Positions 13,662-25,430 of a stretch of 64,000 bases of DNA are shown here, one piece after another; the first letter of the stretch is position 1, and the number at the start of each line of letters is the position of its first letter. The notes under the pieces were generated by a model that saw only the letters and a list, made by a program, of their open reading frames with translations, did not search any database and was not told the origin of the DNA. The translations under genes and the position numbers were made by a program. The DNA is from an uncultured delta proteobacterium (GTDB lineage Bacteria > Myxococcota_A > UBA9160 > UBA6930): the NCBI GenBank assembly GCA_963722885.1, contig CAVROS010000001.1, forward strand, positions 176,235 to 240,234, in the 5' to 3' direction.

Positions 13662-15673
13662 CAGCTCGACTCTCGCTCCTGGCTGGTAGCTTGGGTGTCC
13701 AGCGGCTCACCCGTCCCCGCCTCGATCGTACCGTGGCGCTGGAGCTCGATCTTGTCGAGGAGCTCGAACTCGAAGCCGGGATCATTGGCCTCGTCGTGAC
13801 AGGATCCGCAGATCTGAAGAATCACGCAGGAATCGCACTTGTCGCCCAGTGCGATGATGCTTCCGGTCTCCAGGCCCTCGGTTTCGACGTGCTTGCCGCC
13901 GGGGCCGTGGCAGGATTCGCAGCCGACGACAGCCAGGTCGGGATGCTCCGCGGGCTTGCCGTCGCTGGGAAAGCCGCCGGGCCTGCCGAAGGCCGTGGTG
14001 TGGCAGCGCAGGCATTCGGGGTCCTCCGTCTCGGCGGGGGCCTCGAGCTTCTCGATCGCCGCTGCGTGGGGCTGCTTCGACCAGGTTGCGAACTCCTCCT
14101 CGTGGCAGGACTCGCAGGCCTCCGAGCCGGTGTATTCGGCGAAGCTCGGCAACAGGTTCTCCCGAGGCTTCTGCCGTTCTTCGAGAATCCTGCGCCGCTC
14201 CTCCAGAGAGAGGTCCGCCAGCTGGAGGTTCGCCTCGTGAGAGACGAGGGGCAGGAAGGTCGCGTAGTCGAAGCCGAGCGAGTGCTTCCGATTGTGACAG
14301 GTCGTGCAGAGCTCCTCGTAGTCGGGCTCCACGGGGAGTTCCTCGGCCGGTTTCTCGGTCAGGTGGCCGCCGCCGCGGCCGTGGCAGGTCTCGCACCCGA
14401 CGTTCTCGAGATGGACGGCGGGATCCGCCTCCGAGAAGCCCCCGGGCTCCCCCCAGCCGACCACGTGACACCCCACGCACTCGGGGTCGCGATCGGAGCC
14501 GTGGCGGACCAGGGTGTCGAAGGCACGGGCGTGGTTGGTGAGCAGCCACGTCTCGTTCTCCCGCTCGTGGCAGACCTCGCAGAACTCGTTGCCGCTATAA
14601 CCCGTCGCGTGAAGCAGCATGGGGGCCTCATCCCCGGCGATCCTGGCCAGGCGCATTCGCATCAGCGGTGGCTCCCGCCCAGCCCGCCATCCCTCGGTGC
14701 GCGATGCGATGGAACCGTCCCTATCGATCAGGAAGGTGACCGGTACCCCGGCCATCACGCCGTAGGCGGTACGGATCGAGCGGTCGGGGTCCAGCAGGAC
14801 CGGGAAGAAATCGAGCTGATCCTGCTCGAGCTGCTCGCGGACCCCGATGCTGCGATCCATCGCCAGCACCGCCACCAGCACCGGACGCTTCGCCTCGGGG
14901 ATCTCGGCCAGCGCCTCCCTGAAGAAGCGAAGCGCGTGGTGACAGTGCGGGCAGGTGGGCAGGAAGAACACCAACACCACCGGCTTTCCCCGCTGCGCGG
15001 CCAGCTCGAATCGCTCGCCCCCGTCGAGTCGCGTGGCGCTGAACAGCGGCGCCTCGGGGCGCTTTCCCAGCACCGAGACGGCGGCCGCATTCTCGATTGG
15101 CAGTCGCAGCCACTCCCGGATCTGCGATTCGACCACGGCAGGCGGGTTCTCCCCGTCGCTCGGGAAGCTCGAGCTGCCGTCGATCAGGTACCCGCTGGCG
15201 TCGGCAACCACCAGGGCCGCCGGCGCGCGAATGTTCAGGAGACCCGCCAGCCCCGCACCGGTGTCGTAGAGCACGGGAATTTCGATGCCGAGCTCCTCGA
15301 CGAAGCTCCTGGCGTCCTCACGGCTGCCGCGAGTGGCGATGCCGACGATGTCGAAGTTGTGGCCGCTGCGCTCCGCGGCCACGCTCGTCACCGCCCTGCC
15401 GACCATGCGGGCCTCCCCCACCTCGGGGTCGAAGAAGAACAGCAGCAGACGCTTCCCGATCAGCTGGGAGAACGAGATGCGCTCGCCATCGACCCCGTAC
15501 CCCTCGTAGGCTGGGAGAGGTCGCTCCCGACGCAGGGGCCTGGAGGCGGCGGGCGGAGCCGGCTCCCGGTGGATCTCTCTGGCTCGCGCGGTCTCGTCGG
15601 GCTGTTGCGAGCACCCGGGAACCAGGAGGAGCAAGGCCAGCGCAGCTGCGATCGGAACTGCCAGAGTACGCAC
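13661..15673 (-). CDS. Probable lipoprotein with two redoxin/thioredoxin-fold domains and eight c-type heme motifs
   Basis: Signal peptide ending LLLLVPGC; first redoxin domain lacks CxxC, second has CPHC; then CEVCH, CVGCH, CETCH, CTTCH, CESCH, CLRCH, CESCH, CGSCH. Confidence 0.88.
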   Translation of the reverse strand: MRTLAVPIAAALALLLLVPGCSQQPDETARAREIHREPAPPAASRPLRRERPLPAYEGYGVDGERISFSQLIGKRLLLFFFDPEVGEARMVGRAVTSVAAERSGHNFDIVGIATRGSREDARSFVEELGIEIPVLYDTGAGLAGLLNIRAPAALVVADASGYLIDGSSSFPSDGENPPAVVESQIREWLRLPIENAAAVSVLGKRPEAPLFSATRLDGGERFELAAQRGKPVVLVFFLPTCPHCHHALRFFREALAEIPEAKRPVLVAVLAMDRSIGVREQLEQDQLDFFPVLLDPDRSIRTAYGVMAGVPVTFLIDRDGSIASRTEGWRAGREPPLMRMRLARIAGDEAPMLLHATGYSGNEFCEVCHERENETWLLTNHARAFDTLVRHGSDRDPECVGCHVVGWGEPGGFSEADPAVHLENVGCETCHGRGGGHLTEKPAEELPVEPDYEELCTTCHNRKHSLGFDYATFLPLVSHEANLQLADLSLEERRRILEERQKPRENLLPSFAEYTGSEACESCHEEEFATWSKQPHAAAIEKLEAPAETEDPECLRCHTTAFGRPGGFPSDGKPAEHPDLAVVGCESCHGPGGKHVETEGLETGSIIALGDKCDSCVILQICGSCHDEANDPGFEFELLDKIELQRHGTIEAGTGEPLDTQATSQERESS

Positions 15674-15778
15674 GCTGGCAGCGTAGGATCGGACCAGCCA
15701 AATGACAACGCCGCAGCGCTCGAGGCGGTAGGGCCGCGTCCGGTTGGGCCGCGGTAGCGAGCCGCAGAGAAACACCCG

Positions 15779-16297
15779 CTAGCGGCGCGGATGCTCCTTC
15801 CATTCCTTCAGCTTCTGCTTGAAGAACTGGTTGGCGGGCTCGTAGGTGAGAGCCATCTGAAGGTTCCGGATCGCCGAGTCGAGATCATTGCGGTCGATGT
15901 CGCCGCGGGCCAGGGCGAAGAAGCGGCGGCCGTTGGGCGTGGTTCCCAGGTGGTCCTCCAGAGTCTTCTTCTCCGCCTGGGAGTCTGCCTCCGCGAGCCG
16001 GATGCGCACGGCGTGATGATCCTTCGCCAGCTGCCCATCGTATGCCCGGCGCCGCCGGGCGTGGCGCAGGACCGAATACGCCTCGGTCACGCGCTTGGCG
16101 ACATGCTCCAGGTTCCGGCGGGCCTCGCCCCGAAGCGCGCGGTTGGCGTCCGGGTGGTAGCGCCGAGAGACGGCGTAGTATCCCTGCTTGATCGCCGAGG
16201 CGGGCGCATCCCGTGGCACCTCGAGGATCTGGTAGTAGTCGAGTTCGTCCATGAACTTGATCAGCGCCTTGATCTCAGCGGGAGCCAGGGCGGGCAC
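15779..16297 (-). CDS. J-domain co-chaperone with C-terminal TPR-like helices
   Basis: DYYQIL...YHPD...EAYSVL J-domain; C-terminal AIRNLQMALTYEPAN. Confidence 0.9.
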   Translation of the reverse strand: MPALAPAEIKALIKFMDELDYYQILEVPRDAPASAIKQGYYAVSRRYHPDANRALRGEARRNLEHVAKRVTEAYSVLRHARRRRAYDGQLAKDHHAVRIRLAEADSQAEKKTLEDHLGTTPNGRRFFALARGDIDRNDLDSAIRNLQMALTYEPANQFFKQKLKEWKEHPRR

Positions 16298-16303
16298 GTC
16301 GTT

Positions 16304-18329
16304 CTAGCGCTCCGATTCGTCGTCGAGCGGGGCGAGGTCGGCGCCGGCCGAGTCGAAGAGGCTCTCGGCACCGCTCTCGATCTGGGTCTCGTCGTCGGGC
16401 GAGCCGTCCATTTCGTCCACCTGGATGCCGCTGTCGCCTGCGGGAGGCTGGAACTCCGGGAGATTCTCCGCTCCCTCGGTCTCGATCTCGAGTTCCCCAG
16501 TCGTCTCGGAGGTGGCATCCACGTCGAGCGGCTCCTGGTCGGGCTGTGTCGCCGCATTCGGATCCGCGTCGTCTTCCTCTGCCGCGGCGCCGAGCGCGAC
16601 AGTATCGTCGTCGTCGATCTCGAGGTCCGAGGGCTCCTCGAGCAGATCCGCCGCATCCGGGAGCAGCTCCAGCTCGTCGGAGAGCTCTTCTTCGGCCGGA
16701 GGAGCCGGGCTCGATGCCGCGACCGCGGCCTGAGAATCGGCATCCGTTGCATCGCCGCCGCGCACCCGGTCCGTCTTTCCCTCGTCGATGATCTGGTTGA
16801 TCTCCTCCTCGGAGAGGCCCGAGGACAGTGTGATCTGGGTAGAGGCCTGCTGTCCGGTCTCCTGGTCGCAGGCCGTGACGTTTACGATCCCGTCGCTGTT
16901 GATCTCGAAGGTGACGTCGATCCTGACCCCACCTCGCCGCGCCTTCTTGAATCCCGAGAACTCGAACTGGCCGAGCATCTCGTTCTCTTCGGCCTGGCGG
17001 GATTCGCCCTGGCAGACCCTGATCTTCACCGACTCCTGGAAGTCCTGGTAGGTGGTGAAAGTGCGGGTCTGCTCGATGGGCACCGGCGTGTTGCGCTCGA
17101 TCACCGTCTCGGCGAGTCCGCCGGCCACGCCGATGCGAAGCGACAGCGGCGTCACGTCCAGCAGGAACGAATCCTGTTCCTCGGTCGAGCACAGCGAGGC
17201 CGCGTGGATCGCGGCGCCCATGGCGACTACCTCGTCCGGATCCACATCGGCTTTGGGCTCCTGCTGGAAGTAGTCACTCACCGCCTCGCGGACCGCGGTA
17301 AGGCGGGTCGAGCCGCCCACCAGGATCACGCCGCCCAGATCCTGAGCGATCACGTTGGCCTGCTGGAGTGCCTCGTCGCAGACCTTGAAGGTGCGCTGGA
17401 TCAGGTCCATCACCAGGGATGCGTACTCGGACCTGGTGACCGATCGCTCGATGGAGCGCGGCTGTCCGTCCGGGCCATTGGCGATGTCGGGGATGCGGAT
17501 CTCGACCTGCTCCTCGACGGAGAGCCCCTTCTTGGCGTTCTCCGCGGCGATCTTGAGCTTCTCGAGGGCGATAGGGATCGTTGCGGAGGTTGATCCCCTC
17601 CCTGGCCACGAACTCGTCGGCCATCAGGTCGATCAAGCGGTCGTCGAAGTCGTCGCCTCCGAGATAGGTGTCGCCACAGGTGGAGAGCACCTCGAAGACG
17701 TCCTTGCCGATCTCGAGGACCGAGATGTCGAAGGTTCCGCCGCCCAGGTCGTAGACGGCGACCCGCTGGGTGAGGCCGCGGCCAAAGCCGTAGGCCAGTG
17801 CGGCAGCGGTGGGCTCGTTCAGCAGACGCAGCACCTCGAGGCCGGCGATGCGACCGGCGTCCTTGGTGGCCTGGCGCTGGTTGTCGTTGAAGTAGGCCGG
17901 CACGGTGATCACGGCCTTGTGCACTTCCTGGCCCAGCTGCTCCTCGGCGATGGTCTTCATCTCCCGAAGCACCATGGCCGAGATTTCCGGGAGGGAGAAC
18001 TGTTCGTCTCGGATCTGGATGCGGAGGCTGTGATCCGGACCCTCGACGATGCCATAGGAGTAGACGGCCTGGGCCTTCTTCACCTCTTCGGAGAAGAAAT
18101 AGCGGCCGATCAGGCGCTTCGCGGAGGAGACTGTGTTGAGAGGATCGTGGATGACATTGGCCTTCGCGGCGTTGCCCACCGTGATGGCGCCTTCCTCGTC
18201 GAAGGCCACGACGCTGGCGGTCACGTGTTCGCCGTAGGCGTTCGCCAACACCTCCACCTTGCCGCTGCTTGCGATCGCAACGCAGGAGTTGCTGGTTCCC
18301 AGGTCGATTCCGACCGCCATCTCCGCCAT
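16304..18329 (-). CDS. Hsp70/DnaK-family paralogue with acidic tail; apparent frameshift about 17575
   Basis: [50 protein letters not shown] across two frames. Confidence 0.9.
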
Positions 18330-18379
18330 GATAAGATTCCCCTACAGCGCGACGCGGAGGCCGCGGCAAGCCTCTCCCC

Positions 18380-18407
18380 GTATCGGCAAAAGCGGTGGAT
18401 TCCTAAG
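18380..18407 (-). promoter_or_regulatory. Candidate sigma28-like promoter for the Hsp70-J unit
   Basis: Minus strand CTTAGG-N14-GCCGATAC, about 50 nt before the start codon. Confidence 0.5.
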
Positions 18408-18449
18408 CAGTTTCCTGGCTCTCCCGCACGTGCTAACTGGTTCAGCGCG

Positions 18450-19196
18450 ATGTCCGGACATTCCAAGTGGTCGACGATCAAGCGTAAGAAGGGTGCCGCG
18501 GACGCCAAGCGCGGCAAGATCTTCACCAAGCTGATCCGCGAGATCGTTACGGCGGCCAAGATGGGGGGAGGGGACCCCGATGCGAACCCCCGTCTGCGGC
18601 TGGCCATCGACAAGGCCCGGTCCGGCAACATGCCCAAGGACAACATTCAGCGCGCGATCCAGAAGGGCATCGGTGGCGGAGAGGATGCCGCCTACGAGGA
18701 GGTGATCTACGAAGGCTATGGTCCCGGGGGGACCGCCGTGCTCCTCGAGGCCCTGACGGACAACCGGAAGCGGACGGTCAGCGAGGTCCGGCATGTCTTC
18801 GCCAAGAACGGGGGAAATCTCGGATCGACCGGCTGCGTGGCCTACCTCTTCGAAAAGAAGGGAATCGTCAGCGTCGCGCTGGAGGGGACGGATCTCGATG
18901 CGCTGATCGAGGTCGCTCTCGAGGCCGGGGCCCTCGACGTGCTGGAGAGCGACGACTCCCTGGAGGTGGTCGCCGCCCCCTCGGACTTCGACGCAGTGAA
19001 GGCAGCGCTGGTGGACGCGAGCTTCGCGGTGTCGTCCGCGGCGATCCGGATGGAGCCCGCCACTTCGGTGAAGCTCGAGGGCAAGGATGCCGAGTCGATG
19101 CTGCGGCTGGCCGACGCTCTGGAAGATCTGGACGACGTCCAGACGGTCCATGCGAATTTCGACATATCCGACGAGGCGATGGCGAATTTCGCCTGA
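18450..19196 (+). CDS. yebC: YebC/PmpR-family protein
   Basis: [33 protein letters not shown]; usual position before ruvC. Confidence 0.95.
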   Translation: MSGHSKWSTIKRKKGAADAKRGKIFTKLIREIVTAAKMGGGDPDANPRLRLAIDKARSGNMPKDNIQRAIQKGIGGGEDAAYEEVIYEGYGPGGTAVLLEALTDNRKRTVSEVRHVFAKNGGNLGSTGCVAYLFEKKGIVSVALEGTDLDALIEVALEAGALDVLESDDSLEVVAAPSDFDAVKAALVDASFAVSSAAIRMEPATSVKLEGKDAESMLRLADALEDLDDVQTVHANFDISDEAMANFA

Positions 19197-19258
19197 GATT
19201 CGCCTAAGATGAAGGCTGCCTCCCCCTCCGCCATGAACCCGTCCTCCGCGGGAGCGCG

Positions 19259-19811
19259 ATGCGCATCCTGGGAATCGATCCCGGCTCGAGCGTGACCGGC
19301 TACGGCGTCGTGGAGTGTGTGGACGCGAAGCTCGTCCACCTGACCCACGGGACCCTGCGCCCGCCGAAGAGCCAGGAGCTGCGCGCTTCGGCTCGCGGCG
19401 ATCCAGTCCGGTCTCGCCGAGGTGATCGAAGGTCACGCCCCCGATCTGGCAGTGGTGGAGCAGGTCTTCGTAGCGTCGAGCCCCCGCTCGGCGCTGATCC
19501 TCGGGCAGGCACGGGGCGCCGTCCTGGCCGCGGCTGGCGCGGCCGGACTCCCGGTGGAGGAGGTATCGGCTCGGGAGATCAAGCAGGCGGTGGTGGGGAC
19601 CGGAGCGGCGGCGAAATCACAGGTCCAGCTGATGGTGAAGCGAATCCTCCAGCTCGAACGCAAGCCACCGCAGGATGCGGCCGATGCCCTGGCAGCGGCG
19701 ATCTGCAGGGCCCACCGGGGCCGGCTCGCCGACCTGGCCCGGGGGGCACCTCGCCGGCGTTCCCGTGCCAGGCGGTCCGGCAGCGGCTTCGTGATGAGGC
19801 GCTCGCGATGA
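19259..19811 (+). CDS. ruvC: Holliday junction resolvase RuvC; apparent frameshift about 19385
   Basis: MRILGIDPG, then in another frame EQVF...LGQARG...KQAVVGTG...DAADALA. Confidence 0.9.
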
Positions 19812-20424
19812 TCGCGCGCCTCGAAGGCGTGCTGCTCGAGAAGACGCCGACTCGTGTTCTTCTCGGTGTGAACGGAGTCGGCTACGAGGCCCTGATTCCC
19901 CTTTCGACATTCACCCGCCTCCCCGACGAGGGCAAGACGGTCGTCCTGCGGATTCACACCCACGTGCGGGAGGATGCCTTCCAGCTCTACGGCTTCTTTA
20001 CCCAGCGCGAGCGGGAGGCCTTCGAGCTGGTGCTCCACGCCAGCCGGATCGGTCCCAAGCTCGCCCAGACCATTCTCTCCGGGATCGAGGCCGGGGCGCT
20101 GGTGGCCGCCATCCGCGAGCGGGACGCCGCGGCGCTGCGGGCGGTGCCCGGGATCGGAGCGAAGACCGCGGAGCGGATGCTGGTGGAGCTTCGCGACCGG
20201 GCAGAAGATCTGGCCGGAGTGAGCGCGGGCTTCCGTCTCGGGTCTGGCCACGAGTCCGAGCCATCCGCACGAAGCGAGACCCGACACCAGCTGGTCTCGG
20301 CCCTGCGCAACCTGCAGATTCCGAAGGCGAAGGCGGAGGAGGTCAGCGCCGAGGTGCTCGAGGAGCTCGGAGACGCGACGGCAATCGAGGATCTGGTGCG
20401 GACCGCGCTCCGGAGGTTGGCGAA

Positions 20425-20428
<4 letters not shown>
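19808..20428 (+). CDS. ruvA: Holliday junction branch-migration protein RuvA
   Basis: [33 protein letters not shown]. Confidence 0.95.
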
Positions 20429-21495
<1,067 letters not shown>

Positions 21496-21552
21496 AGGCC
21501 GGTCTTCCTCCTCTCCCGGTGCCGATTGTGGGTCAGATGGGTCCCGGTGAGG

Positions 21553-21581
21553 CTCAACGGAGATCCCCGGAACGCCGATAG
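21553..21581 (+). promoter_or_regulatory. Candidate sigma28-like promoter for the TPR kinase
   Basis: CTCAAC-N15-GCCGATAG, 55 nt before the ATG. Confidence 0.55.
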
Positions 21582-21636
21582 GGCTAGACGCCGGGGCTTC
21601 TCGCACTCGGCTGAGACAGGGAGTTCTGTCCCGCCC

Positions 21637-24218
21637 ATGATGTTGCGCGTTCTCGGATTTCTCCTGGCTTTTCTGTGTCTCCTCGTCGGCGCCTTCGGGC
21701 TCGGCGCGGAGCATTTCCCGGAGAGCGGATTGGTGGCCACCGGAAGGGACCTGCTCGCGGCAATCGCAGGTCCCCTGGCCGGGCTTCTGGGGGAAGGCCT
21801 CAGCGCCGCCTTCCATCGAGAGAAGGCTCGGCGGGCTACCGGCGTTCGCGCTACTCGGCGCGGGGGTGGCGGTGCTGCTGCTCTCGGTACGGCGCGGCGC
21901 CAGCCGGAAAGCCGAGGAGGAGGCTCCCGAAACCCAGGAGGGCTCCGACCCGGTACCGGTCGACAAGCGCCTGGCCAAGCAGGTCCTGAAGCAGGCCTCG
22001 GCGCTGGCCAAGAAGGGCAAGCTCTCCGAGGCCGCGGAACTCTGTCTGAACAGCGGTCTTCTCGATCCGGCCGCAGAGTACTTCGAGCAGAGCGAGGACC
22101 TGGTGCGCGCCGCCGAGGTGCGCCACGACCAGAACCGCTTCACGGAGGCCGCGGAGCTCTACATCCGCGCGGGCCAGCACGAGACCGCGGGCACCATCTT
22201 CGCCTCGACGAACGAGTTCGCTCAGGCGGCGGACAGCTACCTCAAGGCCGGCCGTATCAGTGTCGCGGCGGAGATGTACGAGAAGGCGGGCAGCCATGTG
22301 CAGGCCGGTGACTGCTACGCCCAGTGCGAATTTCACCGCCACGCAGCCCAGGCCTTCCTCGAGGCCAAGGAGTGGGCCCGCGCCGCCCAGGCTCTGGAAG
22401 CAGTGATCCTGGAGGAGGGTGCGCGGGTCGGAAGCGGTCAGGATCCGGGCAAGGAGAGGGAGCTTCGGAAGCTGGTGCTTCAGGCCGGGAAGCTCCACGA
22501 GCACGCCGGGGATCTGGAAGCGGCGGAGCGGATTCTCGAGAAGGGGGGTTGCTTCAGCGCTGCCGCCGATGTGGCCCTTCGCCTCGAGCACTTCTCCAAG
22601 GCGTCCGATCTCTTCGTGCGCGGAGGCGATCCCGTCAAGGCCGCCGACGCGCTCAAACAGGTCGGAGAGGAGCAGGCGGCTGCACAGATCCTGGGCGACT
22701 ACCACCGGGACCGGGGCGATGACGAAGAGGCTGCGCGACTGCTCATTCAAGCCGGCGATTTTCTCGCCGCTGGCGACCTGTACCGCAAGCTCGAGAGATC
22801 TCAACAAGGCGGCTGAGTGCTACGAGCAGCAAGGCGACGCGGCCCAGGCGGCAGAGATGTTCCAGCTGGGGGGCGACTACGCCCGAGCCGCCGCGAACTA
22901 CGAGCGGATCAGCCAATACGAGGATGCGGCCGCGTGTTGCGCGCAGCTGGGGGACGTCCCGAGGCAATCCTCCAACCTCGCCAAGGCGGGCCGGATGCTC
23001 GAGGCGGGGGAGGTCCTTCACCGCGAGGGAATGGAGGACGAGGCCATCAAGCTGCTTCAGCAGGTGAAGTCCAGTGAGCCCGGGTTTGGCGCGGCTTCCT
23101 CCCTGCTCGGAGAAATCTTCTGCGCCAGAGGCAAACACACACTCGCGATCAAGAAGCTCCGCCAGGCGATTGGAAATCTGGAGCTCGACACCGAGAACAG
23201 GGATGCCTACTACCGCCTCGCCACCGCTCACGAGGCCGCCGACGAGTTCCAGGAGGCCGTGGATCTCTACGAGAAGATCCTGACCTTCGATTACCACTAC
23301 AAAGACGTCGAGAAGCGCCTGGAGCTCGCCCGGACCAAGGCGGCTCAGAATCGGCCCACGGAGTCGCCGACCAGTACCCAGGAGGCGGTCGGCCCTCCGA
23401 GCGGTCGCCCTGGCCGCTACAAGATCGAAGGTGAGCTGGGACGCGGGGGCATGGGAATCGTCTACAAGGCCCATGACACCGTCCTCGATCGCCCCGTCGC
23501 CCTCAAGGTGCTCCCGGACGCCCTCAAGGACAATCCCGAGGCGCTGAAGAACTTCCTCCGGGAGGCGAAGAGCGCTGCCAAGCTGAACCACCCAAACATC
23601 GTGACGGTCTACGATGCGGGGGAGCAGGACGGCCGTTACTACATCGCCATGGAGTACGTCGACGGCACGACCCTCAAGGAGATCGTCCGCAGGCGCGGCG
23701 TCATCTCACCGAACGGTGTGCTCCACGTGCTCCTCCAGATGTGCGAGGCACTCGCCTTCGCCCACGATCAGAAGGTCGTTCACCGCGACGTCAAGACCGC
23801 GAACACCATGTGGACCCGGGACAAGAAGGCCAAGATCATGGACTTCGGACTCGCCAAGGTCATCGAGGAGGTGCGCAACCACACCACGCTGGTTTCGGGC
23901 ACTCCCTACTACATGAGCCCGGAGCAGACCCTGGGCAAGAACGTGGATCACCGCACCGACATCTACAGCCTGGGGGTGACCCTCTTCGAGCTGGCCACCG
24001 GCTCGCTTCCCTTCCAGGAGGGCAATGTTCCCTACCATCACGTCCACACGCCGCCGCCGGATCCGCGGGAGGCGAATCCCAAGCTTCCCACCCTTCTCGC
24101 CGAGATCATCACCTCGTGCATGAAGAAGAATCCCGAAGAGCGCTTCCAGAACGCAGAGGAGATCGTCACCCAGGTGAAGGCCAAGCTCTCCAAGAGTTCG
24201 AGCCAGAGCAGCGGTTGA
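21637..24218 (+). CDS. Membrane-anchored TPR-like repeat Ser/Thr protein kinase; apparent frameshifts about 21840 and 22800
   Basis: Hydrophobic N-terminus, many AAExY helical repeats, then LGRGGMG, VALK, HRDVKTAN, DFG, GTPYYMSPEQ, DIYSLG. Confidence 0.85.
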
Positions 24219-24398
24219 GCAACGCCTTCCCTGCCGTGATTGGTTCGTCACAGCCGTAACGTAAACGTCACTTTCATTGGGCCTTCATCTGGACCGTCCC
24301 CACGGGGATATTTCGTTTGTGTGAGCTGCATCACGCTAAGCACTCGAATCGCCGGCGTAATCTCCGCTTCATCTTCGCGACCCCGGCTCTCCCTGTTT

Positions 24399-24414
24399 CG
24401 GCACGAACCTTGCT
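24399..24414 (+). promoter_or_regulatory. Candidate sigma54 (-24/-12) promoter upstream of lpxC
   Basis: CGGCACGAACCTTGCT: GG-N10-GC with GGCAC and TTGC matches, in a 294-nt intergenic region. Confidence 0.6.
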
Positions 24415-24512
24415 AGCTCCTTCTCTCCGAAGCCTGTGGAATCAGCAAAAAACTCGATTTCATAGGTGGTTAGAAGCCCGCGGTGAGACGGTCCATGGGG
24501 GGGAGACGGGCG

Positions 24513-25430
24513 GTGAATCAGCGTACGATTGCGGAAAAGATCTCGTGTACCGGGATCGGGCTCCACACCGGTGAGCCCGTTCAGCTGACTCTGTATCCAG
24601 CGCGTTCGGATTCGGGAATCGTCTTCGCGCGCACGGACCTGAGGCATCCGGTCGAGATTCCGGCGAAGCCCCGGTCCGTCGCGTCGACCTCGCACGCCAC
24701 CACGCTTGGCTGCGGCGACGCGACGGTCGGAACCGTCGAGCACCTGCTCGCCTCTCTCTACAGCCTGGGCATCGACAACGTCCGCGTCGAGGTCGACGGG
24801 CCCGAGATTCCGGTAATGGACGGCAGCTCCGCTTCCTTCGTCTTCCTGATCCGCGCCGCCGGTATCTTCGACCAGAGCTCCGAGCGCCGCCGGATGCGCA
24901 TTCGCAAGCCGATCGAGGTACGCGATGGCGAGCGGTCGATCCGCATCGATCCGGGTCGCTCGCTCCGGGTCAGCTACTCCGTCGATTACACCCATCCCGC
25001 CATCGGTCGCCAGACGCTCAATGGATTCACCCTGAGCGGAAAGAGCTTCGAGCGCGAGATCTGTCGGGCGCGCACCTTCGGCTTCCTTCACGAGGTCGAG
25101 GCCCTCTGGCGCAACGGCCTCGCCCGCGGCGGCAATCTCGACAACACGGTGGTGATGGACGAGCGCCGCGTGCTCAACCGTGACGGGCTCCGCTGGTCCG
25201 ACGAGTTCGTGCGGCACAAGGTTCTCGACCTGATCGGTGATCTCGCGCTGATCGGCATGCCCATCGAGGGCCATATCGTCGTCGAGCGCGGGGGGCACGC
25301 CCTTCATCAGCAGCTCGTCAGCGAGATCCTGAATACGCCCGAAGCCTGGAGGATCGAGGGTCCCGTGCCGCATGCCCGCGGCGCGTCGGACTTCCCTTCG
25401 CTACGGACGCCGGCCGAGGCTTCAGCCTAG
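24513..25430 (+). CDS. lpxC: UDP-3-O-acyl-N-acetylglucosamine deacetylase
   Basis: QRTI, GIGLHTG, TVEHLLA, DGSS, ARTFGF, HKVLDLIGDL, GGH. Confidence 0.97.
   Translation: MNQRTIAEKISCTGIGLHTGEPVQLTLYPARSDSGIVFARTDLRHPVEIPAKPRSVASTSHATTLGCGDATVGTVEHLLASLYSLGIDNVRVEVDGPEIPVMDGSSASFVFLIRAAGIFDQSSERRRMRIRKPIEVRDGERSIRIDPGRSLRVSYSVDYTHPAIGRQTLNGFTLSGKSFEREICRARTFGFLHEVEALWRNGLARGGNLDNTVVMDERRVLNRDGLRWSDEFVRHKVLDLIGDLALIGMPIEGHIVVERGGHALHQQLVSEILNTPEAWRIEGPVPHARGASDFPSLRTPAEASA

Noticed and set aside
13526-15757. Long antisense and off-frame ORFs (for example 743 aa here, also 35635-37794 and 55509-57056)
   Set aside because: Shadow frames of real genes, expected at high GC; no recognisable motifs.
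22800-22820. TGA readthrough or selenocysteine in the kinase gene
   Set aside because: The protein continues in a different frame, so an indel explains it; no SECIS-like hairpin is evident.
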